Positions 17,901 through 55,789 of a stretch of DNA of 64,000 nucleotides are shown here, in pieces (the first letter of the stretch is position 1; each line of letters begins with the position of its first letter). This DNA is from Antedon mediterranea. Its lineage: Eukaryota; Animalia; Echinodermata. The DNA lies in the NCBI RefSeq assembly GCF_964355755.1, contig NC_092678.1, forward strand, positions 24,259,365 through 24,323,364. Reading direction: 5' to 3'. The position numbers and the translations under genes were made by a program. Below the pieces are notes generated by a model, which made no database searches, was not told where the DNA came from, and worked only from the letters and a program-made list of their open reading frames with translations.

Positions 17901-18362
17901 AAATTATCGGTAAAAAGTTGAAAAGTATCAGAGCTCGGAAAGAGAGTCATGCTACACATCAGCGACCCTTGACCAATATATATTGTAGCGATTAAAACAA
18001 TGAAGTAACCATGTTTTCTGCTGTTATTTTATTTATTATATATATATGTATTGTGTGTGTGTGTGGATTGTATCTTTCAATGATTGTAAATTCAAATTAG
18101 TAGAAATGAATAATTAAAACACTTTAACATAAACATTTATTTACAGACTGTTTTGCAGGATGAAAGATGCGGACCCCAACCTATAAAGTTACCATACAGT
18201 ATTCAGGAGGTACAAATATTTATTTACTATTCAAAATAAAACATGTGTTGAGCATGAGGTATGCTTATTAAATTAAATTTATCCATTAAATTATTTTCAC
18301 AGACTGACCTGAATAATGGAGAAATTGTTGAAGAAATGGAAGTAGTCGAGTCACAGCAAGAG
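11309..18362 (+). CDS. Orphan N-terminal module A of a copine-like gene (six small exons, no adjacent C2/vWA exons); truncated paralog or alternative 5' cassette
   Basis: Exons 11309-11322 (ATG), 14316-14383, 14517-14759, 14928-14956, 18147-18209 and 18303-18362 all have AG/GT ends, compatible phases (2,1,1,0,0,0) and no stops. Their intron flanks match those of the module B exons at 21-28.8 kb. Confidence 0.6.
13708..13960 (+). mobile_element. tRNA-derived SINE with a Deu/Nin-like central domain
   Basis: A-box TGGCCGAGCGGT, B-box-like GTTCAAGGC, then TCTTCTCGGATAAGGACTATAAACCATAGGTCC...TAAAGAACC resembling the DeuSINE conserved domain (recalled from memory). Confidence 0.7.
15223..15350. 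mobile_element. One end of a pogo-like MITE
   Basis: TA|CCGTATTTTCCGGAGTATAGGTC with internal inverted copy GACTATACTCCG; the other end was not found. Confidence 0.5.
15361..16090 (+). mobile_element. L2/CR1-group LINE reverse transcriptase fragment (part 1)
   Basis: KVIPIFKSG, NYKPISILP, FIDLKKAFDT, GVPQGSTLGPLLFSIYINDL and YADD, with frameshifts. Confidence 0.9.
16091..17975 (-). mobile_element. 5' half of a second L2-group LINE: apurinic-type endonuclease ORF, 3'-truncated
   Basis: ORFs 16498-17853 and 16062-16553 contain NTQSIRNK, VTETWL, RRGGGTG, IYRPP, GDFNIH, PTHRSGNTLDL, SDH and LDKHAP..PWF. The N-terminus has YSKAELLSLR/RRRRGKRGG. No RT follows. Confidence 0.9.
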
Positions 18363-18413
18363 GTATGTTTATTAATTAAATCTATCCATTATATTATTTT
18401 CATTATTATGGTG

Positions 18414-19971
18414 ATAATGCTCTAATTCATTTCTCTACCTGGCTAAAATCTAACAGACTAACACTCAATATCTCAAAAACTAAATCCATGCTCATTGGCT
18501 CTTCTCAAAAACTTAAATCTAACTCTATCACCCTAACTCTTAATGATTCTCCTATTCAATCTGCTTCTCACAAACACCTTGGAATCATAATTGACAATAC
18601 TCTAACCTGGAAATCTCACATATCTTCCCTCTGTAAAAAACTCAATTCTATTATCTACTTACTCAAACGTACCTCTAAATTTACAAACAAATCTTCTCTT
18701 CATCTTCTGTACAATTCACTTTTCCTTTCTAGACTTGACTACTGCTGCTCTGTCTGGGGTTCTAAACCTTCTACCACTAAACCTAAAAAAATCCAGAATA
18801 AAGCTATCCGTCTACTACTCGATCTATCTCCCACTACACATCTCTCTCCTCATGACTTTTCCAGTGCTAAGACTCTCCCCTTCCTAGTCTGGGCTCCAGA
18901 CGGAGTTTTTTCTTAATATTAGTAAAAATATAAATATTTTTGCACATATGGCGTTTCATACGTGTATTACTTGAGTTTGGATACTCCGTCTGGGGAAACA
19001 CGCAAAAGCCACGTGGTTTGACACCAAGAATTCTTGGTGCATAGATTATCCGGTTGACTAGTTTCAGCTGCATGCGATTGGCTACTCACTCGTACACTAT
19101 TTTAATATTCATATTTCAGAATTTCAAAGACTCAACAACTAAGATGGTACGCATGCGCTATGTTACGTTTAGACAATGTGTACTTTGGGTACATTGATGA
19201 AAGTTTCTGAAGGCTAGAAAGGATTTTATATGGATCATTTAATCAGGGAGATGTAATTTACATCTCCCTGATTTAATATTACGCGGAGATAATTTGATTT
19301 AATTCCCACCCAGACCTGTCCTGTTCTGTGTAGTGGTGTAGCCCTGTTGTGTGTGAATCCTGTTGTGTGCCGGTGGTGGTATTATGTAGGCCTACCTTAT
19401 TGGCGTTTTATTTGGCAGGTTGAGTAGGACCTACGAAGGAGGCCTAGGCTAAGGACTAAACAATTAATAAACAAAACAACTTGGCAACACGATTTCATAT
19501 TTTAACAGTCTCGATCGTACATTCAACACTGTACGTAGGCCTACTCGATCTTTTTCATTTTGAAACAAAATGATCATTGGTTGATTCGAAATCCATATTT
19601 ACATACCGCCCGCCCCATATAGCCAAATACGGTATGATAACCTACGTCATTCTTATCGGATGTTTGCGGTCTGCAAATCGATTTCTATACGTGTTTCACA
19701 AGTCTGTATTTTCAGACAAAAATCGCGGTCGAAATAAAAACAAATAAATTTAAAAAAAAACAATACAGATTTGGGGCAAGTCTATCCCCTTCCATGAACG
19801 ATACCTCTTTCAGCTTGCATGTCTATCTTTCAAAGCTCTACATCACTCTGCTCCACTTACTATCTGTCAGCTTTTAACTGAAGTCACTTCCAATGGCCGT
19901 ATGAACACTAGGCAAATTACTAAAGGAGATCTTCTTATCCCTCGTCCTTACCTTGAAATCTTTAAACTTTC
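18414..19971 (+). mobile_element. L2/CR1-group LINE fragment (part 2, RT C-terminal region), interrupted by a DNA transposon
   Basis: 18414-18532 repeats ~15971-16090. The sequence continues with HLGIIIDNTLTWKSHI and SRLDYCCSVWG, and resumes at 19785 after the insertion. Confidence 0.85.
18885..19784. mobile_element. Non-autonomous DNA transposon with TAG...CTA termini and 9-bp TSD (AcademH-like)
   Basis: TSD TCCCCTTCC at 18876-18884 and 19785-19793. Each end pairs with an internal repeat (CCAGACGGAGT/ACTCCGTCTGG; AAGTCTGTATT/AATACAGATTT). The superfamily is inference. Confidence 0.75.
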
Positions 19972-21042
19972 TACCACAAACAAATTTGTCTCCTAGAGAA
20001 TTTGTTTCCCATATTTCAAATTAGGTCCCATTTGCATCGTAGCAGCCCTATTTTCCCAAATGTTCTTACCTCTGCCCCACCAGTCAGTGACCATGGTGGG
20101 CAGAGGTCCTAGAGACTCTTATACATTTTTATTTCATCTTAAGTGCCATCGAGCAGCTCTATTTTTAAAAATTTCTCAGCCCCAACCATTGTGAGCTGAG
20201 GTCCTGGAGACACTTAATAATAATATATATTTTATTTCCTATTTTAAGTGTTTTAGTGTTGGTGGCATTCGCAATTATCATTTTTGCACCCCAGATATTG
20301 GGAATTTTTAGTATTAGTTATTACAAACAAAACTAAAAATATACATTTTGAATGACATGGGGATACAATTTTAGGCCCTATTTTGTGTCAGTTGGGGTTT
20401 TACAGACGTTTTTTAGACATGCAACCGTTGGTGGTGCTGTTTTTGGGGATTTGGCATTATTTTTTCCCAATTTATTTGAGACAGGCTACGGCATAATTAA
20501 ATTTTATCGCTGGAAACGCTGGGATCCGATAATCACATGGCACAGTTTATGTTTTGAGGCACAGTGCAGTCAAGTTGTGGTGAAAAAAATTTGCTTTTTA
20601 ACACTGTTGTACGTACTAGCTAGCAATAAATATCTAACTATCGTGATTGATAATAGTTAAGACACTTTTATGTGGTACTGTATTGTGATTTAATTTCATG
20701 TTAGCAAACAGTTAATTTGACATTTTACGTTAGCCTATCTACAACTAAAATAATGGCGGAGCCAAGAGTGCAAATATTGCATCGTCACCGCACTGCTACG
20801 TTATGCCAGTTTATGAATGAAGAGACCTAGTTGGGTTTGTGCAGGGACCATTTTTAGCTAATAAAATGTATTTTATCTGCAGCCTTGTTGAATGAATTAT
20901 ATTTTAAAATATGTGGCGAACATATTTACAACACCTTGGGGCTTTTTTCATCGCAATGTGGTTTGCCTTTTGTTGTACATGTATGCTTTGACACAACTGA
21001 AATATTACATGTTTTTTTTTTCAGATTTTGGAGAAAATAACC

Positions 21043-44844
<23,802 letters not shown>

Positions 44845-47800
44845 AAATGTTCCTGGAACGTATTGTGTGTGTTTGTGTGTGTACGTACTCTTAGGTTCGA
44901 ATGAATACCATTATAACCACTAACCTGTTCAGGGATCTACCAGAGAGAGAATCGAATGGACTATAATTTTACAAAATAAGCCTTGGAAGAAATACCACCT
45001 GGTAACTTGAATACGTTGTATAAACTGGGGTGGAGGGAAGACAGTGTTTTTGTTTATTCAATCAACAAGCTTTATGTGAGCTTGCAATGTAGAATATTTA
45101 TCTATTTTTATACATTTTTTAGGTTCGTGGTAATTTTAAAACTATTTGGATTCAGGAAATAATCAGGGTTACATAATGTAGTAAAGATTTTTTTTCATTA
45201 TTAGAATAATTTTCTTTTTATAAAAAACAGTAACAGCCGAACAAGTTAAGTGGAATACAGTACATTTTTAATATAATTGATCTAATGTACATTTTTAATG
45301 TAAATATCAGGGTTGCAAAGTACTTTTAATTATAGTAGTAAGTTATACTTTTTAATTTTTACTGTACAATAATTTTCTTTTTATAAAAAAACAGTAACAG
45401 CCGAACAAGATGAGTGTAATACAGTGCATTTTTAGTATAATTGATCTATTTTTAATGTAAATATCAGGGTTGTAAAGTACTTTTAATTATAGTAGTAAGT
45501 CGAACAAGATAAAGTGAGTGTAATGCATATTTTGTTTTAGATTGACCTTATAATCGGCATAATCTAAAAGATATATGCCAATATTTAATATAAGGAATAC
45601 TACACAGTATATTTCTAGGACTTATATTATCATATGCCTGTTAATTAGGTAAATATTTTATATGCAAATTACAATAAAAGGAAGTAATTTTCCACTGATG
45701 AATGAATGATTTAATTTATGTTGTTACCAACAAGTTTTTTTCTGGTAATCTAATTATAAATCAAAACCCCTCCCCCTCTACATCTTTGCAAACAATCAGC
45801 CAACCAGCGACCATGCCGCACACGTCTACAAAAGTCACCACCATATATAGAGTAGACTGTTCCAAACAACGCAAAAAGGGTACAGCTATTTTTCATCCAC
45901 ACTGTGCCTAAAATTACAATAAAACCTCATTACAATATTGATGTTTAAATGTTTTATAAATATGAATAATTACCACAGGAAAACAGTTGATAGTAACAAT
46001 AATAATTTTACAAATTTCAAAATGGCTAAAACTACAATATAAGTAATAAAATAATGTCTTTATTTTGGTATATTTCCACTCCCCCCTCTAAATTTTGAGT
46101 TGGTCCAATCCACTTCCGCCCACAACTTGACAGCGTGAAAATGTGCCTCCGATGTCTCCGATTATCGTCTGCTCATCATCCATGCTGCTGAGCTGTGTAC
46201 GTTAAAACATCGAAGTATTTGCTGCGTGTGTCTTCTAAAAACTAACAGTTTTAATCGATATTAATATGTAAGCTGGTTATTTTGTTTATGATATCTATAA
46301 ATAAGGTATAAGGGGTAATTATATACATTCTGTGGATCTTTTTTCATGAGTTTATTGTAGTTTGTAGACTGTTTTTTCTTAGGCCCTTCCTTGGCTAGCC
46401 TAAAATAAAGGCCGGCCTGCCAAATTATCCCATCCTTGCCGTACGTGTTGTTGCAGCTTAGGCCTAGCCTTAGCCTTAGATTTCCTAGGCATAGGCAATG
46501 GAAAGATGGTGTGTGGATTCAGTATTATATATTGAATTAATAATATACAGGTCCTAGGCTAGGCCTACTAGCCTAATAGTGTGTGTTTTTAAAGTTTTCT
46601 TGGCTTTTTTTAGGATGACACATGATGGATGTGGCACTGGCAGTGTGACGTTCGAGTGGACACGATGGATGGCAAGATGATGCAGTAAAGGCCAAGATAA
46701 GACGGTGTTGGCTTTCTATTTCTAACATCAGAACATTATTGGTAAGTCTAGGCCTAGCCTAGTGAATTTAACAGGTACAAATAAACAAATTTTAGTCAGA
46801 ATGCAGTGGCAAAATGTGTACTGGCAAACACTTTTTAATCTTTGTGACATCTTTTTGTTGTTTGTTTTTCTTGACTTAGTAGCCTAGGCCTAGCCCTAGG
46901 TAGGCTAATCTAGCTAAGACTGAGAAGACATTGTTGTTTGGAACACCAGCACACACTATGCCAAAATGGACATGTTCTGTAGGGCTAGGCTGTGAGGAAA
47001 GCATGAAAAAATTATTGGTAAGTCTAGTAAATTATAGCAGGGTACAAAATAATATTTCTAAATGTACAAACGATATTAAAAGAACTTTTTAATTACCACC
47101 ATTCCATATGTCGGCAAGTGCCTACCATTAAAAATATTGTTTATTTTTTCCCTGTTAAATGTTCATAATGTATATAAATTATTATCTTCATTTTTGTATC
47201 ATTCACAGTAGGAAATTTTTTAAACATCTTAACAGTCTAACTAGGAGGCAGTTTGGCATGTTAGCACACTAGGTGGAGATGATGGTAAATGCAGCATGGT
47301 GACACCTGCAAGGCAGAAGTCTTAACTGCAAGTTGATGATTTATAGCAATATAAACAATGGTGAGGTTTTTTTTAATTAAGGTTAATCGATCGGTTGGTA
47401 ACCGAGGTTGCATCAGATGAGAAATTTGTCCAAACTGCGTCAACAAACCGCTCTTGATTTTACGTCGCATCGGTTTCTATAACATGTAGGCCTAGGCGCA
47501 ACACTGCTAAAAAGTCCAAACATGTTGGCTTCCTCCTAGGCCTAGGTGTCACTTAGGTTGCAATATTGTTGCCTCAACAGCTACCCAAGAAATGTGAATG
47601 CGGTATTAAGCTTGATAGTGCGGGTGAGTCTAACTAATTTATCATAATTTACCATTTATTTTATATAGAGACACATGAATACTGTATTTGTAACTTAACA
47701 TGAATTGACGAAGACAAGATGAAGATGGCTACTACTACTAGATGCTACTCAAGTTTCACCTGCTGGAAATACAGGTATTTAAAATATTCAACTTGTTTCT

Positions 47801-49297
47801 GATTATAAACAAAATAAATAAAAGAACCAATCGTACTTTAATTATTGGTGGTCAGGTTTGAAATCTATATTTTTTGACACCCAGACAATCCAAAAGAGGA
47901 GGCAATACAAGTAAAACATCTTGCCTATGGCGACGCAAACAACATGTCATTTATCTTTCAATAAGGTTAATATTTTTTGTCTTTTTTATTTCAGCTGATT
48001 GGAGATGGACAGCTTTATCTTTTTTTATTTCATTTTTTAAGCCATCATAAATTATAAATAAAATAGATAAATAATTGAAATAAATTATCAAATTTTAAAT
48101 ACAACTGTAAATTAACACAACTCCTCACTAGCAATGAACAAAGTAAGTGTAATTTTAAAATAATTTTGGAAGTTCACAAATTTTTACAAATAAATTTCAA
48201 ATTTTTTGTTCATCACCCACTCTAGAGGGGGTAGTTGATACCATGATTGTTTGCAGTTTAAATTTCTCTATTTTTCTTTTACATTGTATCAAATTAGACA
48301 TTCATTTCAGATCACATTTAATACAGTAATTAGTTTAATTTAAGGATTTGTTTTTGCTGGTGAGGTTGTTTTTCTTCTTGTTTAAGGTGTATTAGCAAAT
48401 CCTCATTAGCAATGAACAAAATAAGTGTCAAAATTTAAAATGTTCTTTTGAAAAAAAAAAATGTTTTCAAATTTCCTAAAAAAAAACAAAAAAACTAAGT
48501 TTGCATTAATTTCATAGGGGTTCGCTTGTCTCGGAATGTCAAGTGTAATCCCTGATACCGTGATTGTTTTTATTTTACATTTTTCTCTACTTTTGGTTTT
48601 CATGGTATTAAAATAAATCAACATTAATACAAATTTCATAGGGGTTCACTTGTCGCGGATTGTCAAGTGCAATCACTGATACCATGATTGATTTTATTTT
48701 ACGTTTGTCTTCATTTTTGTTTTAAATGGTATTAAAATAAAATCAAAGTTTAAAATATTAAACTTTATAGCAAACAATTGCTAACAAATTTGACCTAAGT
48801 AATTTATTTAAATATAAAGATTTGTTTTTGCTGATGAGGTTCTTTTTTTCTCTTGGGTGCAATTGTAATTCAGAACCCAACATTAGCAATGATCAAACTA
48901 AGTGGAATTCTATGCCAGGTTTTACCAATTTATTTGCTTAAATTTCATAAAATATAACCTCAAATTTATTTCTCTCGGAATGCATTCACTTCTGAGACTT
49001 TTCAGATATCATTTATGTTTAACTATTTTTGTTTTAAATGAATATCGTTACAATAAATTTATTGCGAAATATATATAAATCAAACTATATAAAAAACTAA
49101 TGGGAAAATTATGTTTGCTAATTGGGTTCTGTTTACTCTTGCTTTGGTCCTTCTGGTGCAATGTTTAGAGTTCAATTATGTACACTCATTAGCAATGAAC
49201 AAAATAACTAATTGTAAGTGTATAATCATTTCTAGAATTTTTTTTTTTAAATGATAGGCCATTTATACTTTTAGCAACTTATTAAAATATAAATTCA

Positions 49298-49452
49298 AAT
49301 TTACTTTCTATGGACCCCTCAGGATGTATTCACTTCTGTGTGTGGCTAATCCATGATACCATTATTATTTAAATTTACTTTCTATGGACCCCTCAGGATG
49401 TATTCACTTCTGTGTGTGGCTAATCCATGATACCATTATTATTTAAATTTTC
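49298..49452. repeat. Exact ~73-bp tandem duplication within a degenerate longer-period repeat region (48100-49600)
   Basis: AAATTTACTTTCTATGGACCCCTCAGGATG...CCATTATTATTT occurs twice. Confidence 0.85.
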
Positions 49453-51756
49453 TCTATTTTTTTTTCACATTTACATGGTATCAAAAGATATAATCAATTG
49501 AAATCAGCACTTTAAAATATTTGATTAGAAAATTTTAAAAATTTGACTTGAAATTGATTTAATTAGGTATTTGTTTTTGCTGATGAGTTTTTTTTTCTTC
49601 TTTGTACAACTTTTACAATTACCGTACTGGCTTGAATAAGCTGCCGTTTGAACGATGGTGCGCACTTTGCATTAATATTTTTATTGTAACTGGCCTGTTT
49701 AGGTAAGCGCACTCTTTTAATCATTGCATTGGGAAAATGTGCCAAATTAAATTGCGCCTTTGTTAGACTTTGGTTTTAACTGATTTTTGCCCATGGGTTC
49801 CTTACAAAAATGTACAGTAATCTTAACAATTATGTGTCGTCCGATAAATAATATCTATTCCCAAAAGTTTTCTGTAAAATTGTCGCAAGTGCTATATAAA
49901 TTCTGCGTAATGAGAGTCAGTACGGTGTATAACTTGCATATAAAATGTGTTGTAGTCATGGAGGGGGGAAGGGGTAGGTTGGTTTCTGCATCTATGTTAA
50001 TTAATTAAGTATACATAGTTTTTAACCATGTTTGTTGATCACTTGGAATTGACAAGAACCAATGGAAGGGTACCACACATACTGATGACGTTGAACAGAG
50101 AGCTGCTGCAGGTGATGTCATACTGTACAGACGTTTAAATGGTATGTATGCAATGTTCAATCTTCATTTCAATTATAATTTGTGAATGTGCAACTAGAAT
50201 CAAACATTGGATATGCACAGCAAGATGATTATGTTACCTTAAATAGTATCTGTAAAACTAATATATTACAGTACATCCAAGCAGGGAGGTCTTATTTTTA
50301 TACCTTCCTGAACCAAGCTTGATTTACTAAGCAATGTAGACAAGCCCAACACTCCTGTTTGATACTCATTCAGACAGGGTAGAATAAATGGACATGAAAT
50401 GCTTTTAAAACAACCAAACACTTGAATAACTGATTATACTATTGTGAATTATTGTATCTTTTTAGGTACGCATGTCTACCAATCAAAGTAGACTTGTTGA
50501 GGAGCATTTCAATGAGAGACTTGCATCGGCCAGCAATTTTAAGATCAACAAACATTTATATTTAATTGCTATTTTAATTTTGTAATTGTTAAGTGAAGTG
50601 GAATTAAGACTCAAAGGTTTTTTTTTTTTTTAATTTAAATTAAATTACTGTTGTGATTTCTTAAAATTTTGAATGAAAACTTGCAATTTGGTTTCCAAAT
50701 ATTTACTATTTCTTTTTATAATGTATCATTTTTATAATCTAGTTGATGCATTTAAAAACTACATATGAAATGGAAGTCTAAATTTTGTTTTAGCAACTCC
50801 CATTTTTGTTACATAACATATAACATACTACTTAAATACTTTAAAACTGTTTTTTTTTATACCAAATTGTGTTTCTAATCACACTTAAAATTTCAAACAT
50901 AGTTTTACTTAATATAGGTTGGATGTCCTCGTAATTCTATAAAATTAAATTCCACTTCACTTTGTAATTTTATATTATTATATATTTATAGTTTAATGTA
51001 TTTAGTTTCAGATTTTTTCTAAACTCTAAACATTGTAAAAAAAAATGCACCTCTCTGCACACCCCCTGTGTGCCCCACTACACCGATGGGTGTCGGCCTG
51101 CTTGGCTGCATGGTGGATGCTTCCTTGGGTCGTGTTCGTTGCTCCTGCTAATTGGTGAGTTTGTTTTGAGATTTTCTATGGAGTTTTTTGATACTTGTTT
51201 CATGTTCTATGTAAACTACATTTTGACCAAATGCTTGTGAGAGTCCTTTACAGTCCTTTGTGGTGTTGGCATTGTGGCGGTGGCACCATCATCAGTGTAT
51301 GGGTTTTGAAACTAGACAAATCAGGAGTAAATAACTTAATAAACTGGTTTCAGTATGTCTTCAGGTTCTATTTCCAATTTAAATAATTTAATAACTCAAA
51401 AGACATTGCGTGCATGTACCGAAAAATGTTTGAACTTTTGGTGGTTAGACAAACTCTGTGTGATACATTCCTCTTCGATCTGGCTAAGTAAGCAGGCAGG
51501 AAGTTATACGATACTATTCTCAAAGTGTGCTTGATATATTTATCCCCAAGATATGGTACCAATTTAATTAAATACAATCATATAATTTAGCTATATTTCT
51601 GTCTTTAAATTTAAAGTTCATACCAACAATTCACACATTACACACAATACAAAAATATAAAAATATAACAATTTGCAACAAAAAAATGCTTATTATAGAT
51701 TAGAGGTGTTGACTGTTAGTAACTATAATGTAAGAATTAAAATTTCTGATAGATAA

Positions 51757-53525
51757 AATTTAAAACTTAGCTGCCTGTAAGGGGAAATTTAAAACTTAGC
51801 TGCCTGTAAGGGGCAATTTAAAACTTAGCTGCATGTAAGGGGCAATTTAAAACTTAGCTGCCTGTAAGGGGCAATTTAAAACTTAGCTGCCTGTAAGGGG
51901 CAATTTAAAACTTAGGTGCCTCTAAGGGGAAATTTAAAACTTAGCTGCCTGTAAGGGGAAATTAAAACTTAGGTGCCTCTAAGGGGAAATTTAAAACTTA
52001 GCTGCCTGTAAGGGGAAATTAAAACTTAGGTGCCTGTAAGGGGAAATTTAAAACTTAGGTGCCTGTAAGGGGCAATTTAAAGCTTAGGTGCCTCTAAGGG
52101 GAAATTTAAAACTTAGCTGCCTGTAAGGGGAAATTAAAACTTAGGTGCCTGTAAGGGGAAATTTAAAACTTAGCTGCCTGTAAGGGGCAATTTAAAACTT
52201 ATGTGCCTCTAAGGGGAAATTTAAAACTTAGCTGCCTGTAAGGGGAAATTAAAACTTAGGTGCCTGTAAAGGGAAATTTAAAACTTAGGTGCCTGTTAGA
52301 GGCAATTTAAAACTTTGCTTCATGTAAGGGCCAATTTAAAACTTAGGTGCCTGTAAGGGCAAATTTAAAACTTAGCTGCCTGTTAGAGGCAATTTAAAAC
52401 TTTGCTTCATGTAAGGGCCAATTTAAAACTTAGCTGCCTGTAAGGGGAAATTAAAACTTAGGTGCCTGTAAGGGGAAATTTAAAACTTAGGTGCCTGTAA
52501 GGGGCAATTTAAAACTTAGGTGCCTCTAAGGGGAAATTTAAAACTTAGCTGCCTGTAAGGGGAAATTAAAACTTAGGTGCCTGTAAGGGGAAATTTAAAA
52601 CTTAGCTGCCTGTAAGGGGCAATTTAAAACTTAGGTGCCTCTAAGGGGAAATTTAAAACTTAGCTGCCTGTAAGGGGAAATTAAAACTTAGGTGCCTGTA
52701 AAGGGAAATTTAAAACTTAGGTGCCTGTTAGAAGCAATTTAAAACTTTGCTTCATGTAAGGGCCAATTTAAAACTTAGGTGCCTGTAAGGGCAAATTTAA
52801 AACTTAGCTGCCTGTTAGAGGCAATTTAAAACTTTGCTTCATGTAAGGGCCAATTTAAAACTTAGCTGGCTGTAAGGGGCAATTTAAAACTTATCTGCCT
52901 GTAAGGGGCAATTTAAAACTTATCTGCCTGTAAGGGGAAATTAAAACTTAGGTGCCTGTAAGGGGAAATTTAAAACTTAGGTGCCTTTAATTAAGGGGAA
53001 ATTAAAAATGTTGCTGCCTGTAAGGGGCAATTTAAAACTTAGCTGCCTGTAAAAGGCAATTTAAAACTTAGCTGCCTGTAAGGGGCAATTTAAAACTTAG
53101 GTGCCGCTAAGGGGCAATTTAAAACTTAGCTGCCTGTAAGGGGAAATTGAAACTTAGGTGCCTGTAAGGGGAAATTTAAAACTTAGGTGCCTGTTAGAGG
53201 CAATTTAAAACTTTGCTTCATGTAAGGGCCAATTTAAAACTTAGGTACCTGTAAGGGGAAATTTAAAACTTAGCTGCCTGTTAGAGGCAATTTAAAACTT
53301 TGCTTCATGTAAGGGTCAATTTAAAACTTAGGTGCCTGTTAGAGGCAATTTAAAACTTAGCTGCCTGTAAAGGGAAATTTAAAACTTAGCTGCCTGTAAG
53401 GGGCAATTTAAAACTTAGCTGCCTACAGGGGAAAATTTAAAACTTTGCTGCCTGTAAGAGGAAATTTAAAACTTAGTCGCCAGTGAGTGGTGAATTTAAA
53501 ACTTAGCTGCCTGTAAGGGGCTATT
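51757..53525. repeat. 28-29-bp satellite array (AATTTAAAACTTAGCTGCCTGTAAGGGGC), ~60 units
   Basis: Seen directly; variant units recur in the same order. Confidence 0.97.
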
Positions 53526-54107
53526 TAAGTTTATCTCTTATCTTTATAAATTAAACTAAAACTATTACCTTAATTCTTTATAACTATCATTTGTCTAGTA
53601 GATTTTCTGACAATTTACTCTTGGAAATTTCTATTCCAACAATTAAGTATTGTTAAATTAGTTTATTAAATTTTATTAATTTTTTTGTTGCAAAGATAAG
53701 AAAAAAACAATTTCATAAAATTAATATATAAATTAAAGAAAAAGAGAAGTCATTATTAATGTAATTAAACATTTAAATATAAATAATTTATTGAGTATTT
53801 TGTAAAACATCATTCATCATTCAAATGTATTTTCTACCAAAACAAACAATAATAATAAATTCTGTAGCTAGAAATAGTTTTAAAAATTAATTATTTATTT
53901 AGAAATAAATTAAATACACACTTTGCTCTGCTTTAATTTAAATAGAAGTTTTAAATTAGGATAAGCCAGGTGATATGCAATAGGCAGATAAATATAAACT
54001 TAACTGAGTAATGTAATTTATATATCCAATTTAATTGGCAATTTAAACAAACTGAATGTGTTTACTAGTTCAATTTAATATATAAATTTAGATGTATTTG
54101 TTCTAAA

Positions 54108-54258
54108 GCTCTGTCTACACTATCAAACTTTATGTGACAAAAAAATGTGATGTGCCCATATATGGACATGATTATGTCATATCACTTCCATATTTGGGCA
54201 TACCACTACCATATTTCGGCACATTTTGTCAAACTAGTTTGATAGTGTAGACAGAGCA
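54108..54258. mobile_element. Harbinger-like MITE; a partial copy lies at ~30292-30408
   Basis: TIRs GCTCTGTCTACACTATCAAACT / AGTTTGATAGTGTAGACAGAGC, with TAA flanks. Confidence 0.8.
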
Positions 54259-55789
54259 TAATATATTTGATTTTTACATTCCATTTACTGGAACACTAGT
54301 CGTAGTTATAGGTCCTGCTGTTGTGTATAGCTGCCATAGGCCTAGTATGTTCATACTTACAATTTAATCCTCTTTGTGTACTATAACTTAAATAATTAAA
54401 TATTGTAATAAAAGGTAAAATATAAATGATACAATAAATATTTTAGAGTATTTTTACAAGTTAGGTAAATCCAGATTGGTTATATTTCATAGATTATATA
54501 ATTTTTTTAATGTAAATGTAACAATAGCCATTTTACTTATTTAATAATAATATTAATATTTACTAATAATATAAATAGTTTTAAAACTGAACTTTGTCAT
54601 AAGTATACACAATTTTATTTACATTCCACTTAAAAGTATGTGTCTTTGTAAAGCATAAATATAAAGGTATTTTTATAATTTAATCATTTAAACTTTGTAG
54701 TTGTGTACAAATTGAGGTATATATAATTGCATTGCAGTTAAAATTAACTAAATAGTTTGTTTAGGTTGAGTTTATATTGTCACACACAGTGAACACAACA
54801 TAGACACTTAGTTACTACAAACATTAAGAATTGAAAAATTAAACAAACTAAACTTACAATAAAATAAAAAATGGCTTCTCTTAATTTAAGATAGGAATAG
54901 TTGGTACCATATCTGAAGGGTAATGAGTCGGGCAGTATAACAATTACACTGCTGTCCTGAAAACAAAGTCGTTGGGTTTGGTATTACCAGAGAGTTAACC
55001 TTATTAAATTATTTAATCCAAATTTATGTACTGCACAATTTGTATTCTTGAGCTAATATAGGTATCAAAATTATTGTCTAATTTTCTGACACCAGTTTGG
55101 CTTTATTTTCCACAACAAAAGAATGGGTGCGTTTGTGTCGTGCGAAGCTATGACGAGGTTCGTTCAACATAAATGCGTCTAGTTTGATGTTTTGGGAATT
55201 TAGTCTTTAGGACCTCTTGAACTGTAAATATTAATATGCAATGTAACCTTCTTTTTATATTTAAAATAATAATATAGTTGAATGTATATCAAAACTGGTC
55301 AAATTTCTTTATTATTCATATTTATTTTTTTAATATCAAAATCATCATGTTTGTAAAATATAATTTTAATATCCAAATTTTAATATAAACATTATATTCA
55401 ACTATTAATTCCCATGCTCAAATAGCATATAACTCCACTCCTGAGAACGTCCGGTGTGCCCAGGGCGATTCCCTCATGTGTCAGCGTCCCTGCATTGGAG
55501 TATTGGGTTCTCACTTGTGTTTGGTCTTTCTGTAGTTTACATTGAACTTTAATCATGTCGATTGAAACTTGTGTCTTTGACTTTCTAGATGTCTTGGAGC
55601 ATTCTTGCTGCTTGGCGATTGTGGCTGACATGACTTGGGTGACATATTCACTGTGTAGTTGAGTGGGTTAAGCCATTGGCGTAGTGGGGCACATAGCGGG
55701 GTGTTGCAGAGAGGTTCATTTTTTTTTTACTCGAACAAATAAACACCAACACGCAACGTATAGTTGTTTGTCTTTTATTAAGTGGCTGA

